In this document: in pieces, positions 36,994 to 47,975 of the stretch | Numbering within the stretch: position 1 is the first letter of the stretch | Layout: each line of letters opens with the position of its first letter | Assembly: GCF_001194135.2 (NCBI RefSeq) | Contig: NC_069001.1 | Coordinates: 35,385,952 to 35,449,951 of the forward strand | Origin: Octopus bimaculoides | Lineage: Eukaryota | DNA: 64,000 nt | Direction: 5' to 3' | The notes under the pieces: generated by a model | What the model was told of the DNA's origin: nothing | Databases searched by the model: none | The model's input: the letters and a program-made list of their open reading frames with translations, nothing else | Program-made: the position numbers and the translations under genes

Positions 36994-37563
36994 CAGACTC
37001 TTTACCACACAGCTATGCCTGTCCCTATTCTCTATTTATGTCTGTTTGTCATTTTTTTTTTTCTTTACATAACATACTACAGCCCATATGCTGACCCATA
37101 CATAGAGAAATCACATGATCAAGTGATTAATGGTCCGAATCTATAGATTCTGTTACATCAGTACTAATGAAAGTATGCCAGGATTTATTTATCTCACCTG
37201 TCAGCACAGCCGCATGCATTTATCACTCTCACCTGCTAAGCATGAGTATCTTTTTACAATTTCACGTGGTTCAAATACAAGTAGACCAGGGAAAGGTTTT
37301 TTTATCTGTGGTTGTCTCATTTTTCGGATATTGATACAGCTCAGTATTAGAGTGATATGGTTATTTCATATATATACATACNNNNNNNNNNNNNNNNNNN
37401 NNNNNNNNNNNNNNNTTTATGTACACTCTCCTTGTTGGTAAAGATACATAACATACTAAACATATATATATCTGCAATGGCAGATAATTGATTTGGGTAT
37501 AATGTTACATTGAATGTATCTGTGTGTGTATATGTATGTATATACATGTGTGTGCGTGTGTGA

Positions 37564-37604
<41 letters not shown>

Positions 37605-37606
<2 letters not shown>

Positions 37607-38030
37607 CACAGGTGTGGTTGTGTGGTAAGAAGTTTGCTTCCCAATCACATGGTTCTGGTTTCAGTTTCGCTGTGTGGCACCTTGGGTAAGTGTTTTTTTT
37701 TACTATAGAACGCAGGCCAACCAAAGCCTTGTGGGTGGATTTGGTTGATGAAAACTGGAAGAAGCCTGTCATATATGTGTATATAGCCTGTTGTGTGTGT
37801 GTGTGTGTGTGTACAGATTATATGTCTACTTTGGCATGGTTTCTACAGCTGGATACCCTTCCCAACACCAATCCCATAGCAATTTCCATCCACTAAATTC
37901 TCTCACAAAGGATTGGTCAGTTCCTGTCTAAAGTACAAAGAAACTTGCCCAAGGTTCCACACTATGGAACTGAACCCAAAACAGCTTGGCTGACAAATGA
38001 ACTTTAGAATCACACAGCCAAGCTTGTACC
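37605..38030. mobile_element. Inverted pair of SINE B 5' halves (+ 37605-37770; - ~37880-38030)
   Basis: Head and CORE-like segment on plus, then CTTGCCCAAGG...GAACTGAACC...CACACAGCC (the reverse complement) about 110 bp later. Confidence 0.75.
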
Positions 38031-38984
38031 TATTTCATGACTAAAACTCATCACAGGTTTTGTGTTGAGACCAAACTATAATTCACACGTCAAACTTAAA
38101 ACTTAATTACAAAAATCCTATTTATATTTTAAATATTGTTATCAATATTATTTTTTTATTATTTTTCTCTATTTACTTTGCTTTTAGTTTTAAATTTTCC
38201 TTGGATTTATTTTCATAATTCCTACCAAAATTGTAACTAATTTAAATGTGCATGTGTAGAAACTGAAATGATTAATTTCGAAAATTGAACATGCAATTCA
38301 CTGGTTTCTTTGTTGTTGTAATTTTTGTTGTTGTCGTCGTCATCGTTGTTGTTTTTGTTGTTGTTGTTGGTTTTGTTAAATTTTATTATTATTTAAAAAA
38401 AAATTTTTAATATTTTAAAAATGTTTTTTTTTTTTACACTAAAATTAGCGCTGAATTTTTAAACTTGCATTTTAATTGAAATTAAATTATTTGTTAATTA
38501 AGCAGTACAGTTGATAAGATATATCATACTTGTAAAACATTTTAATATTGTTTACATTAAAATCATAACTGTTAATTCCTCTCTCTCTCTCTCATTTATT
38601 TGTCTTTATCTATCTACCCACCCCATCCATCCATCCCTCCATGTATTTGCCTCTCCCCCTCTCTCTCTGTCTCTCTCTATCTCTATCTCTCTCTCTCTCT
38701 CCTCTCTCTATCCAGCAATTTGTCTGAAGTAACTTTTGTTTTTGAACAGGCAGTGTTTCAATATGTATGTGAGAGGTTTAGTGGCTAGGGCGTTAGACTC
38801 ATGATTGTAAGATTGTGGTTTCAATTCCCAGGCCGAGTGACACATAGTGTTCTTGAGCAAAACACTTCATTCCACTCAACTGACAAAAATTAGTGATCTA
38901 GCAAAGGACCTACAGCCCATCCAGGTGAGGAATATATATGCAATGGGAACCAGGAGACTGGACCTTTGAGACTATATATATATA

Positions 38985-39390
38985 TAGGCACAGGAGTGGC
39001 TGTGTGGTAAGAAGCTTGCTTCCCAACCACATGGTCCCGTGTTCACTCCCACTGCGTGACACCTAGGGCAAGTGTCTTCTACTATTAACCTCAGGTTGAT
39101 CAAAGCCTTGTGAGTGGATCTGGTAGATGGAAACTGATAGAAGCCCGTCGTTTATGTATATATATATATATATATATTTGTGTGTGTCTGTTTGTCCTCC
39201 ACCATCGCTTAACAATAGATGTTGGTTCGTTTACATCCCCATAACTTAGAGATTCAGCAGAAAAGACCAATAGAATAAGTACTAGGCTTACAAAGAATAA
39301 GTCCTGGCGTTGATTTATTCTACTAAAGGCAGTGCTCCAGCATGGCCGCAGTCAAATGACTGAAACAAATAAAAGAATAAAAGAATAAAA
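38985..39390 (+). mobile_element. SINE family B, full-length, best-preserved copy
   Basis: All segments present; (AAAAGAAT)n tail. Confidence 0.92.
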
Positions 39391-39965
39391 GAAATCAGGA
39401 GAGAGGAGGAGGGAGAAAGAGAGAGGGGGAAAGAGAGAGAGAGAGCCAATCAACAATATCTCAAAACTCATACCCTTTCTCTCTCTCTCTTCTCTCTTCC
39501 CTCTCTTACATTCTTATTCATCTTTTCACTCACTCTCTCTCTATTCACCTAACACTCTCTTCTTCCTCTCTCAGACATTNNNNNNNNNNNNNNNNNNNNN
39601 NNNNNNNNNNNNNNNNNNNNNNNNNNNNNNNNNNNNNNNNNNNNNNNNNNNNNNNNNNNNNNNNNNNNNNNNNNNNNNNNNNNNNNNNNNNNNNNNNNNN
39701 NNNNNNNNNNNNNNNNNNNNNNNNNNNNNNNNNNNNNNNNNNNNNNNNNNNNNNNNNNNNNNNNNNNNNNNNNNNNNNNNNNNNNNNNNNNNNNNNNNNN
39801 NNNNNNNNNNNNNNNNNNNNNNNNNNNNNNNNNNNNNNNNNNNNNNNNNNNNNNNNNNNNNNNNNNNNNNNNNNNNNNNNNNNNNNNNNNNNNNNNNNNN
39901 NNNNNNNNNNNNNNNNNNNNNNNNNNNNNNNNNNNNNNNNNNNNNNNNNNNNNNNNNNNNNNNNN

Positions 39966-40025
<60 letters not shown>

Positions 40026-40719
40026 ACAGACATACATACATATATATATATATTTCACATAACTCTATGTGTGTGTCTATGATTTTTACGTTCTTTTTGA
40101 AAATTGCTTACACACTGATTGAGTATAAAAAGAGGAGAAAAATAATATGGCAGAGATAATAATTATCATTATTGTTGTTGTTGTTGTTACTATTAAAAAC
40201 TGGAAATAAATTCCTGAACATATTTGTCAACTAAAGAATTTATCTCAAATGTTTTGCAACAGAAAAGCTTTGAGATAAAAAAAAAAAAATACCCAAAGTG
40301 CGCACATACACACACACACACAAACATGCATATGAAAATTCCCTTGATTCAATGATTGAATTGCCCTGCTCCTCAATTCATATGCAAGTGGCTGTGTACT
40401 CCACAGTCACATGTGTGGCCTTAGGGAAATTCTCCGGTATAATCAGCATGGGTACAATGCATGACAAGTTACAATCCACCAGATGGGTTTCTCCAAAGTT
40501 TCCACCAACCCCCAACTTCACTCCACAGGTAGGAGTCACTTGACAGTCAGTGCTGGTTTGTCTTTGTCTTTGTAACCTAGTGGTTCAGCAAATAGTGACT
40601 GATAGCATATGTATGAGAATATAAATACTAGCATTGGTTTGTTTGCCTAAACCCTTCAAAGGAGTGCCACAGCATGGCCACAGTCCAATGAATAAAATAA
40701 GCAAAAGATAAAAGTCATA

Positions 40720-40869
40720 GGTGCAAGAGTGGCTGTATCATAAGTAGCTTGGTTCCGGGTTCAGTCCCACTGCATGCCACCTTGGGTAAGTGTCTTCTGC
40801 TATAGCCTAGGGTTGACCAAAGCCTTGTGAGTGGATTTGGTAGACGGAAACTGAAAGAAGCCCATAGTA

Positions 40870-40916
<47 letters not shown>

Positions 40917-41115
40917 CTGTGTTTGTCCTTCCACCATTGATTGACAACCAATGTTGGTGTGTTTATGTCCCCGTAACCTAGATGTTCAGCATAAAAGACT
41001 GATAGAACAACTAGTAGGGTTACAAAGAATAAGTCCTGGGGTTGATTTGTTCGACCAAAGGTGGTGCTCCAGCATGGCCACAGTCGAATGACTGACACAA
41101 ACAAAAGAATGAAAC
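40720..41115 (+). mobile_element. SINE family B, full-length
   Basis: Same organisation, with an internal (TG)n. Confidence 0.9.
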
Positions 41116-41734
41116 AATATATANNNNNNNNNNNNNNNNNNNNNNNNNNNNNNNNNNNNNNNNNNNNNNNNNNNNNNNNNNNNNNNNNNNNNNNNNNNNN
41201 NNNNNNNNNNNNNNNNNNNNNNNNNNNNNNNNNNNNNNNNNNNNNNNNNNNNNNNNNNNNNNNNNNNNNNNNNNNNNNNNNNNNNNNNNNNNNNNNNNNN
41301 NNNNNNNNNNNNNNNNNNNNNNNNNNNNNNNNNNNNNNNNNNNNNNNNNNNNNNNNNNNNNNNNNNNNNNNNNNNNNNNNNNNNNNNNNNNNNNNNNNNN
41401 NNNNNNNNNNNNNNNNNNNNNNNNNNNNNNNNNNNNNNNNNNNNNNNNNNNNNNNNNNNNNNNNNNNNNNNNNNNNNNNNNNNNNNNNNNNNNNNNNNNN
41501 NNNNNNNNNNNNNNNNNNNNNNNNNNNNNNNNNNNNNNNNNNNNNNNNNNNNNNNNNNNNNNNNNNNNNNNNNNNNNNNNNNNNNNNNNNNNNNNNNNNN
41601 NNNNNNNNNNNNGAATGATGATAACATTGATGCTAATACTCTTGCCCAAGACTGCTGGATGTGTCTCGGAAACTGATTGCAACAAACATGCAGATTGAAT
41701 GTAAATAATGATAATAATAATAATTATTATTATC

Positions 41735-41999
41735 CTTTCTAGTAAAGGCACAAGTCCTGAAATTTGGTGGGAGGGGACCAGTTGATTACAGTGACCCCCC
41801 CAGTGTTTCACTGGTACTTAATTCATCGACCCTGAAGGGATGAACAGCAAAGTCAATCTCGGCAGAATTTGATTCAATAATAATAATTGTCGTCGTCGTC
41901 GTCGTTTAACGTCCGCTTTCCATGCTAGCATGGGTTGGACGATTTGACTGAGGACTGGTGAAACCAGATGGCTACACCAGGCTCCAATCTGATTTGGCA

Positions 42000-42033
<34 letters not shown>

Positions 42034-42231
42034 CCTTTCTACTAAATTTGGCGGGAGGGTGCCAGTCGATTAAATCACCCCCCAAAATGCAATTGGTACT
42101 TAATTTATCGACCTTGAAAGGACGAAAGGCAAAGTTGACCTCGAAGGAATTTGAACTCAGAATGTAAAGACAAATGGAATACTGCTAAGCCTTTCGCCCA
42201 GTGTGCTAATGATTCTGCCAGTTTGCCACCT

Positions 42232-42265
<34 letters not shown>

Positions 42266-42525
42266 GCTGCTAGTAATAATAATAGTAATAATAATAACGA
42301 TAATATTAATAATTTTTTCTACTAATGTCACATGGCCTGAGATTTGTGTGGAGGGGACCAGTCAATTACATTGCCCCCCCCCCCTAGTGTTTCACTGGTA
42401 TTTAATTTATCGACCCTGAAAAGGCCTGAAATTTTGGGGGCGGGGTTAAGTCGATTAAGTGATGGGCAAAATACGGCTAAGCATTTCGTCCAGCATGTTA
42501 ATGATTCTGCCAGCTTGTCACTTTA
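41735..42525 (-). mobile_element. Nest of three SINE A copies (41735-41875, 42030-42232, 42316-42525) plus a solo RTE 3' tail (41893-42001)
   Basis: Each copy is separated by (AAT)n/(ACT)n. The RTE tail is near-identical to 53050-53155. Confidence 0.85.
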
Positions 42526-43173
42526 ATAATAATAATAACCATCATCATCATCATCACTTAACGTTCGTTGTCCATGCTGGCATGGGTTCAACTGTTTGAC
42601 TAGGCCAGCATGCTAAAAAGCTGTGCCAGACTCCACTCTGACTTGGCATGGTTTTCTATGGCTGGATGCCCTTCAGAATGCCAACCACTCTGAGAATGTA
42701 ATGGGTGCTCTTATGTGCCACCGGCTTGGGGGCCATTTGCATGACACCGGTATCTGCCATGACTGCAATTTTAATTGGTTTGATGGGTCTTCTTCTCAAG
42801 CATGACATAATGCCAAAGGTCATGGTCATTGCCTCCGTGGGACCCAACACTCAAAAGGAACTCAGCCACTTTCCCGGATTTCAAATTTTTGTCGCAAGAG
42901 TAGCTTGGTGGAAGGGATTCAGTCAATTACATCAGCCCCAGTATTGATACGTATATCAATATATCAATGACCCCAGTATATCAATTCCTGTATATATATA
43001 AATATATATACAAGACAAGATACCACACAGTGGGACTGAAACCAGAATTACCATGCAGTTGGGAATCAGACTTCTTACCACACAGCTACACTACCTGTGC
43101 CTATATATATATATGTGTGTGTGTGTATGTGATACATAAATGCATATGCATACATGAGACATATATACATACA

Positions 43174-43219
<46 letters not shown>

Positions 43220-43709
43220 CAGACAAGAAGCAACCACTTTCACATGCCATAATCAGTCTCCCATTGCCCTGCATAAGCAGACAAAGGAAGAGAGGAAGGA
43301 AGGAAGGAAAGCAATTCTCTTTTGGGGTCTTTCCCCATCCCACTCCCCACCTCCGCCTCCGCCTCCGCCGCCGCATCCCACCACAACCACCTCCACCCCA
43401 GCCCCTCCACTGCTATCTCTTCTTAATAGATGTGTAATATCTGTTGTAGACATTCTCGTCGGAAAGATAAAATAATTTTGATGGTAATGTCTCAATGCAT
43501 TTCAATGATATTGCTTCACTTTCAGGAATAATGAACAATTAGAGCTCGTTATTAAATGTAATGCCTATTTATATATGTGTATACATGCATACATACAAGT
43601 ATATATAATGTGGGTGGGTGTATGTGTGTATAATATAAATATGCATGTATGTGTATATATGTATGTTTGTGTCTATGCACATATCTTTCCATAGAAATGT
43701 AATTGCATA

Positions 43710-43754
<45 letters not shown>

Positions 43755-43859
43755 GCATGCACACATAAACATTTATATATTCATATATGTACTTAGACAT
43801 ACGTATATATAAACACACATACACACCCATACATATGTATATATGTATGATTGTGCATG

Positions 43860-43899
<40 letters not shown>

Positions 43900-43952
43900 T
43901 CTGATGACATATACACACAAGCACACATAAATACACGCTCACACTGTATATA

Positions 43953-43993
<41 letters not shown>

Positions 43994-44286
43994 GCTGTCT
44001 GTGGGACAGAAATGTGTATGGTACTATGGAATTCTCCAAGAGCATAATCAGGGTGACAGATACATATATAAACAAGCCCATGAAGAATTTTTTTATGACA
44101 GTGATAATAACATGGCAACTGGGTTGGCTGGAGATGCAAACCCATAATAATAAATATTATAACATGTAAAGTAGTTAAATAAATTCAAAAAACAAACCTC
44201 TAAATTGCTCGGAAAAGAGTGATTTATTTCGTAATCATTGCAAAAGCTATGGAGCATAATTCTGTTTAAAATAGCCAGCATTTTTC

Positions 44287-44319
<33 letters not shown>

Positions 44320-44334
44320 TTTTGTTCTGACTTA

Positions 44335-44371
<37 letters not shown>

Positions 44372-45047
44372 ATTTTTGTCAATATTTGATTAGCTGTTGG
44401 TTTTCTATAAATTTTTTGGGAAATTTTATTTGTAATTTTTTTTTAGCGTGTGTATATATCAATGTTGGTTTATCTATATGTGTGTGTATGTATGTAGATA
44501 TGCAAATTGATCTGTGTGTGTGTGTCGTTGTGTGTGCTGGAAACTTTTTTTTTTTTTCAGATTATTTTTTTTATTGTATTTTCTTCTCCGAACATAAGAT
44601 AACAAAAACTTGTAAAAGATAAAAATAAAAAAAAAGTAAAAACAACAAGAATTTGGCAAGTTCCTAAAGTCTGACAAGTAGTGTATTCGGAAAAATTGGC
44701 AAGATGTTGCCAAGCAAGACAGATGGGGTGGGGGGTCGGGGACAGGTGGTGTTGTGGCGATGGTAGCGGTTGAACTGGAAAACAAACATCTCAACATTTT
44801 GGGAACTCTGTTCCAGAACGAAGTTGAGAATGTGGGGAAGGGTGGGGGAATTAAAGAGAAAAGACATGAATGTCTTAACTTTTATAATAATAATAATAAT
44901 AATGATGATGATTATGATAATGAAAATAAAATGAAAATAAGTAAGCAAAAAGGTAAAAAAAAAACCTACTTGATGTGAAATAAAGTTAGAGATGACATAA
45001 GATTAACAATAAAAGCAACATTTTAGTTTATTTAAAGAAGCTAAGCC

Positions 45048-45078
<31 letters not shown>

Positions 45079-45764
45079 TATTAGGAGATAGAGAGATGTA
45101 AATATATGTATATATAGGTACATAGATGGATACATAGATAGATATGCACACACACATACATTCATACAAATGAACACGCACATATGTATATACATATACA
45201 CCTGTGTTTCCTAATATTTAGCTCTCTTCAGTGCAATATTGATTTCTGATGTTGGCACAAAACAACAAATTTTTGGTAGAAGAATTATTATATGTGTGTG
45301 TCTGGAGAGAGAGAGAGAGTAAGAGGTGGGGGTCAATTAAATTGAATTAACCCCCAATAGATGTGTGCCCGTATGAACCTGTGAATGTGTACGATATAAC
45401 ATCCGATGAGTTAGAATTCATTTTTCCATGTTAGTATGACTTTGACAGGAATTGATACTGAAGCAAGATTTTATAGCTTCCTGCTCTTCTGGTCATCAAC
45501 ATCCGCCTGTTTTTCAGGAAAAAGATTATTATTCCATACGTCGTCAAAAACGCTGAGTGACCAGTTGTATTAACGGTCACAGGCAATATAAACATCACTG
45601 CTGTTTCATGCAAACAAAACCTGTCAACTTCTGAGGTCCATAATATCAACGAGCTGGTCGGGTTCATTTTTAGTATTCTCGTTAGTGAGAGCAGTCGAGT
45701 TTATTTCAGATATTCTCATTCTAAAAATCATCTCTGACTAATCATTGAGAGGATGTTGGTGTTG

Positions 45765-45796
45765 CCTTGGCAGAGGTTTGCACTCTCCGAGTGTTC

Positions 45797-45800
<4 letters not shown>
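45765..45800 (+). mobile_element. Possible Helentron/HINE-type 3' terminus
   Basis: CCTTGGCAGAGGT (subTIR-like), then the short hairpin GCACTC-TCC-GAGTGT, then TT. The matching 5' subTIR was not found. Confidence 0.35.
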
Positions 45801-45828
<28 letters not shown>

Positions 45829-45829
45829 T

Positions 45830-46049
45830 AAGGTGGCGAGTTGGCAGAATTGCTAGTACACCAGGCGAAATGTTAGTGGTGTTTCATCCATCGCTACATT
45901 CTGAGTTCAAATTCTGTCGAGGTTGACTTTGACTTTCATCCTTTCAGGGTTGATAAATTAAGTACTAGTTGCATACTGGGATCAATGTAATCAACTAGTC
46001 CCCTCCCCCAAAACTTCAGGCATTGTGCCTATAATAGAAATGATTATCA

Positions 46050-46101
<52 letters not shown>

Positions 46102-46692
46102 CATGATCATCATCATCATCATAAAGTCAGTGAGTTGGCAGAATTGTTAGCATGCTGAATGACATTACCTCATCAGTGAAACAGATTTTTTCATTCTCGT
46201 TGAAATAGAGATGCGAGAGAATCCCAAGTAAGCATAAAAGAATGGAAACTGGTTGCTATAGTGACTGTTAGTAATTTTTTCTAGAGAATAATTGTTGATA
46301 AAAAATCATTCTTAAATTTATANNNNNNNNNNNNNNNNNNNNNNNNNNNNGGTAAGAAATACTTTTTTGTTTTTGTTTAAAAAAAAAAAAATCAAACAAA
46401 AAGCTCAAAAACAAAACACAAACAGAATAACGAAAGGTAATTAGTATTTTATATTTTTATATATGTTTACCTTTTTTTTTTAATTTTCGCGTAATTCTAT
46501 AAAGTTAAGGTCATTGCTGTTTGCTCTATTTAGCTATTCGTGTTTTTATTTTCTGAGTTCAAATTCCGCCAAGGTCGACTTTGCCTTTCATCCTTTCGGG
46601 ATCGATAAATTAAGTACCAGTTGCATACTGGGGTCGATCTAATCGACTGGCCCCCTCCCCCAAAATTTCTGGCCTTGTGCCTAGAGTAGACA
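45830..46692 (+). mobile_element. SINE A cluster: full copy 45830-46045, head ~46125-46160, 5'-truncated copy 46545-46692
   Basis: Family A motifs, flanked by (ATT)n. Confidence 0.85.
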
Positions 46693-47328
46693 CGAATAAA
46701 TTGGTTGAGGCTTTGCAACAATTATTTCTGAAAATAACCCTTTTGTTACCCAAAATACTTATAACCCGGTCCCTTTTCACTTGAAATCCTTCCTCTGTTT
46801 ATGCTCTTCTGTTCATCCCCCTCTTTGCTTACATCTTTTTCTCTTTACCACTCCCTCTCTCCTTTTCTCTCTCTCTCTCTTTCTGTCTATCTCCCTTTTT
46901 CTCTTTCCCTTCTTCTTTCTCTGTCTGTGCCTCACCCTCTGGTTTTCACCTTCATTCATCCTGTTTCTGACCCTAGAAATTCCTCTTGCCTGCATTTCTG
47001 CCTTCTCCTCATCCTCTCTATCTCTATCTCTCTCTCTCTCTCTCACGCACACACACACACAGACGCACACACACACACGCGCGCGCGTGCATACAGAAGC
47101 TTGCACACAGAGGTTTACACACACACACATACAAACAAACCAACACATGAACATGCTTACATACACACACAGCCCTACACAAATAGTCCTGCACCCATAT
47201 ATACACACACACACACATGCATACAAGGGCTTACACACTCATAGAAGACCACATGCATGCACACTCTTACATGCAACAGACTACAAACACATACACTCAC
47301 ACAGGGGTCTACACACACTCATAGAGGC

Positions 47329-47366
<38 letters not shown>

Positions 47367-47457
47367 ATACAAGGGGTCACACACACTCGCAGAGGCCTAT
47401 GGACATACACACTCATACAATGGACTACAAATACACACACACACTCACACACACACT

Positions 47458-47488
<31 letters not shown>

Positions 47489-47489
47489 T

Positions 47490-47760
47490 GAGTCGTAATT
47501 ACATCAGACCCTTTTGAAATCTCATTTCTAATTGACAAGTGTCAGCAGGACCACTCCTTGACTCTTCTTAGGACTACTGCCATGATTGGCTAACGGTGTC
47601 ACTGACCCTGACACCTTACCCTGACACCCAGATATCCGTCCATCCAACCAATCAGGCCAGGGTAGGCAGAGGTGCGTCGGGAAGCAGCTGAGTGGTCAGA
47701 ATTGGGTGCTAAATTCAATGACCAGCCCTGCATCAATCCATGCAATGCACTCCCCCACCC
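47490..47760. promoter_or_regulatory. Candidate cis-regulatory island with CCAAT boxes
   Basis: Unique, relatively GC-rich sequence between microsatellites. ATTGG at 47585 and 47701, CCAAT at 47648, inverted TGACA/TGTCA at ~47534-47544. Motif evidence only. Confidence 0.25.
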
Positions 47761-47939
47761 CCCCNNNNNNNNNNNNNNNNNNNNNNNNNNNNNNNNNNNN
47801 NNNNNNNNNNNNNNNNNNNNNNNNNNNNNNNNNNNNNNNNNNNNNNNNNNNNNNNNNNNNNNNNNNNNNNNNNNNNNNNNNNNNNNNNNNNNNNNNNNNN
47901 NNNNNNNNNNNNNNNNNNNNNNNNNNNNNNNNNNNNNNN

Positions 47940-47975
<36 letters not shown>

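Noticed and set aside
37197-37310. Two consensus minus-strand donors (CAG|GTGAGA) and readings IKKPFPGLLVFEPREIVKRYSCLA / VRVINACGCADR
   Set aside because: The acceptors lack pyrimidine tracts, and the resemblance to a cystine-knot C-terminus is too short to mean anything.
45424-45718. Protein-looking minus-strand reading with four stops (possible pseudogene)
   Set aside because: The stop density is close to chance for this composition and no motif is recognisable.
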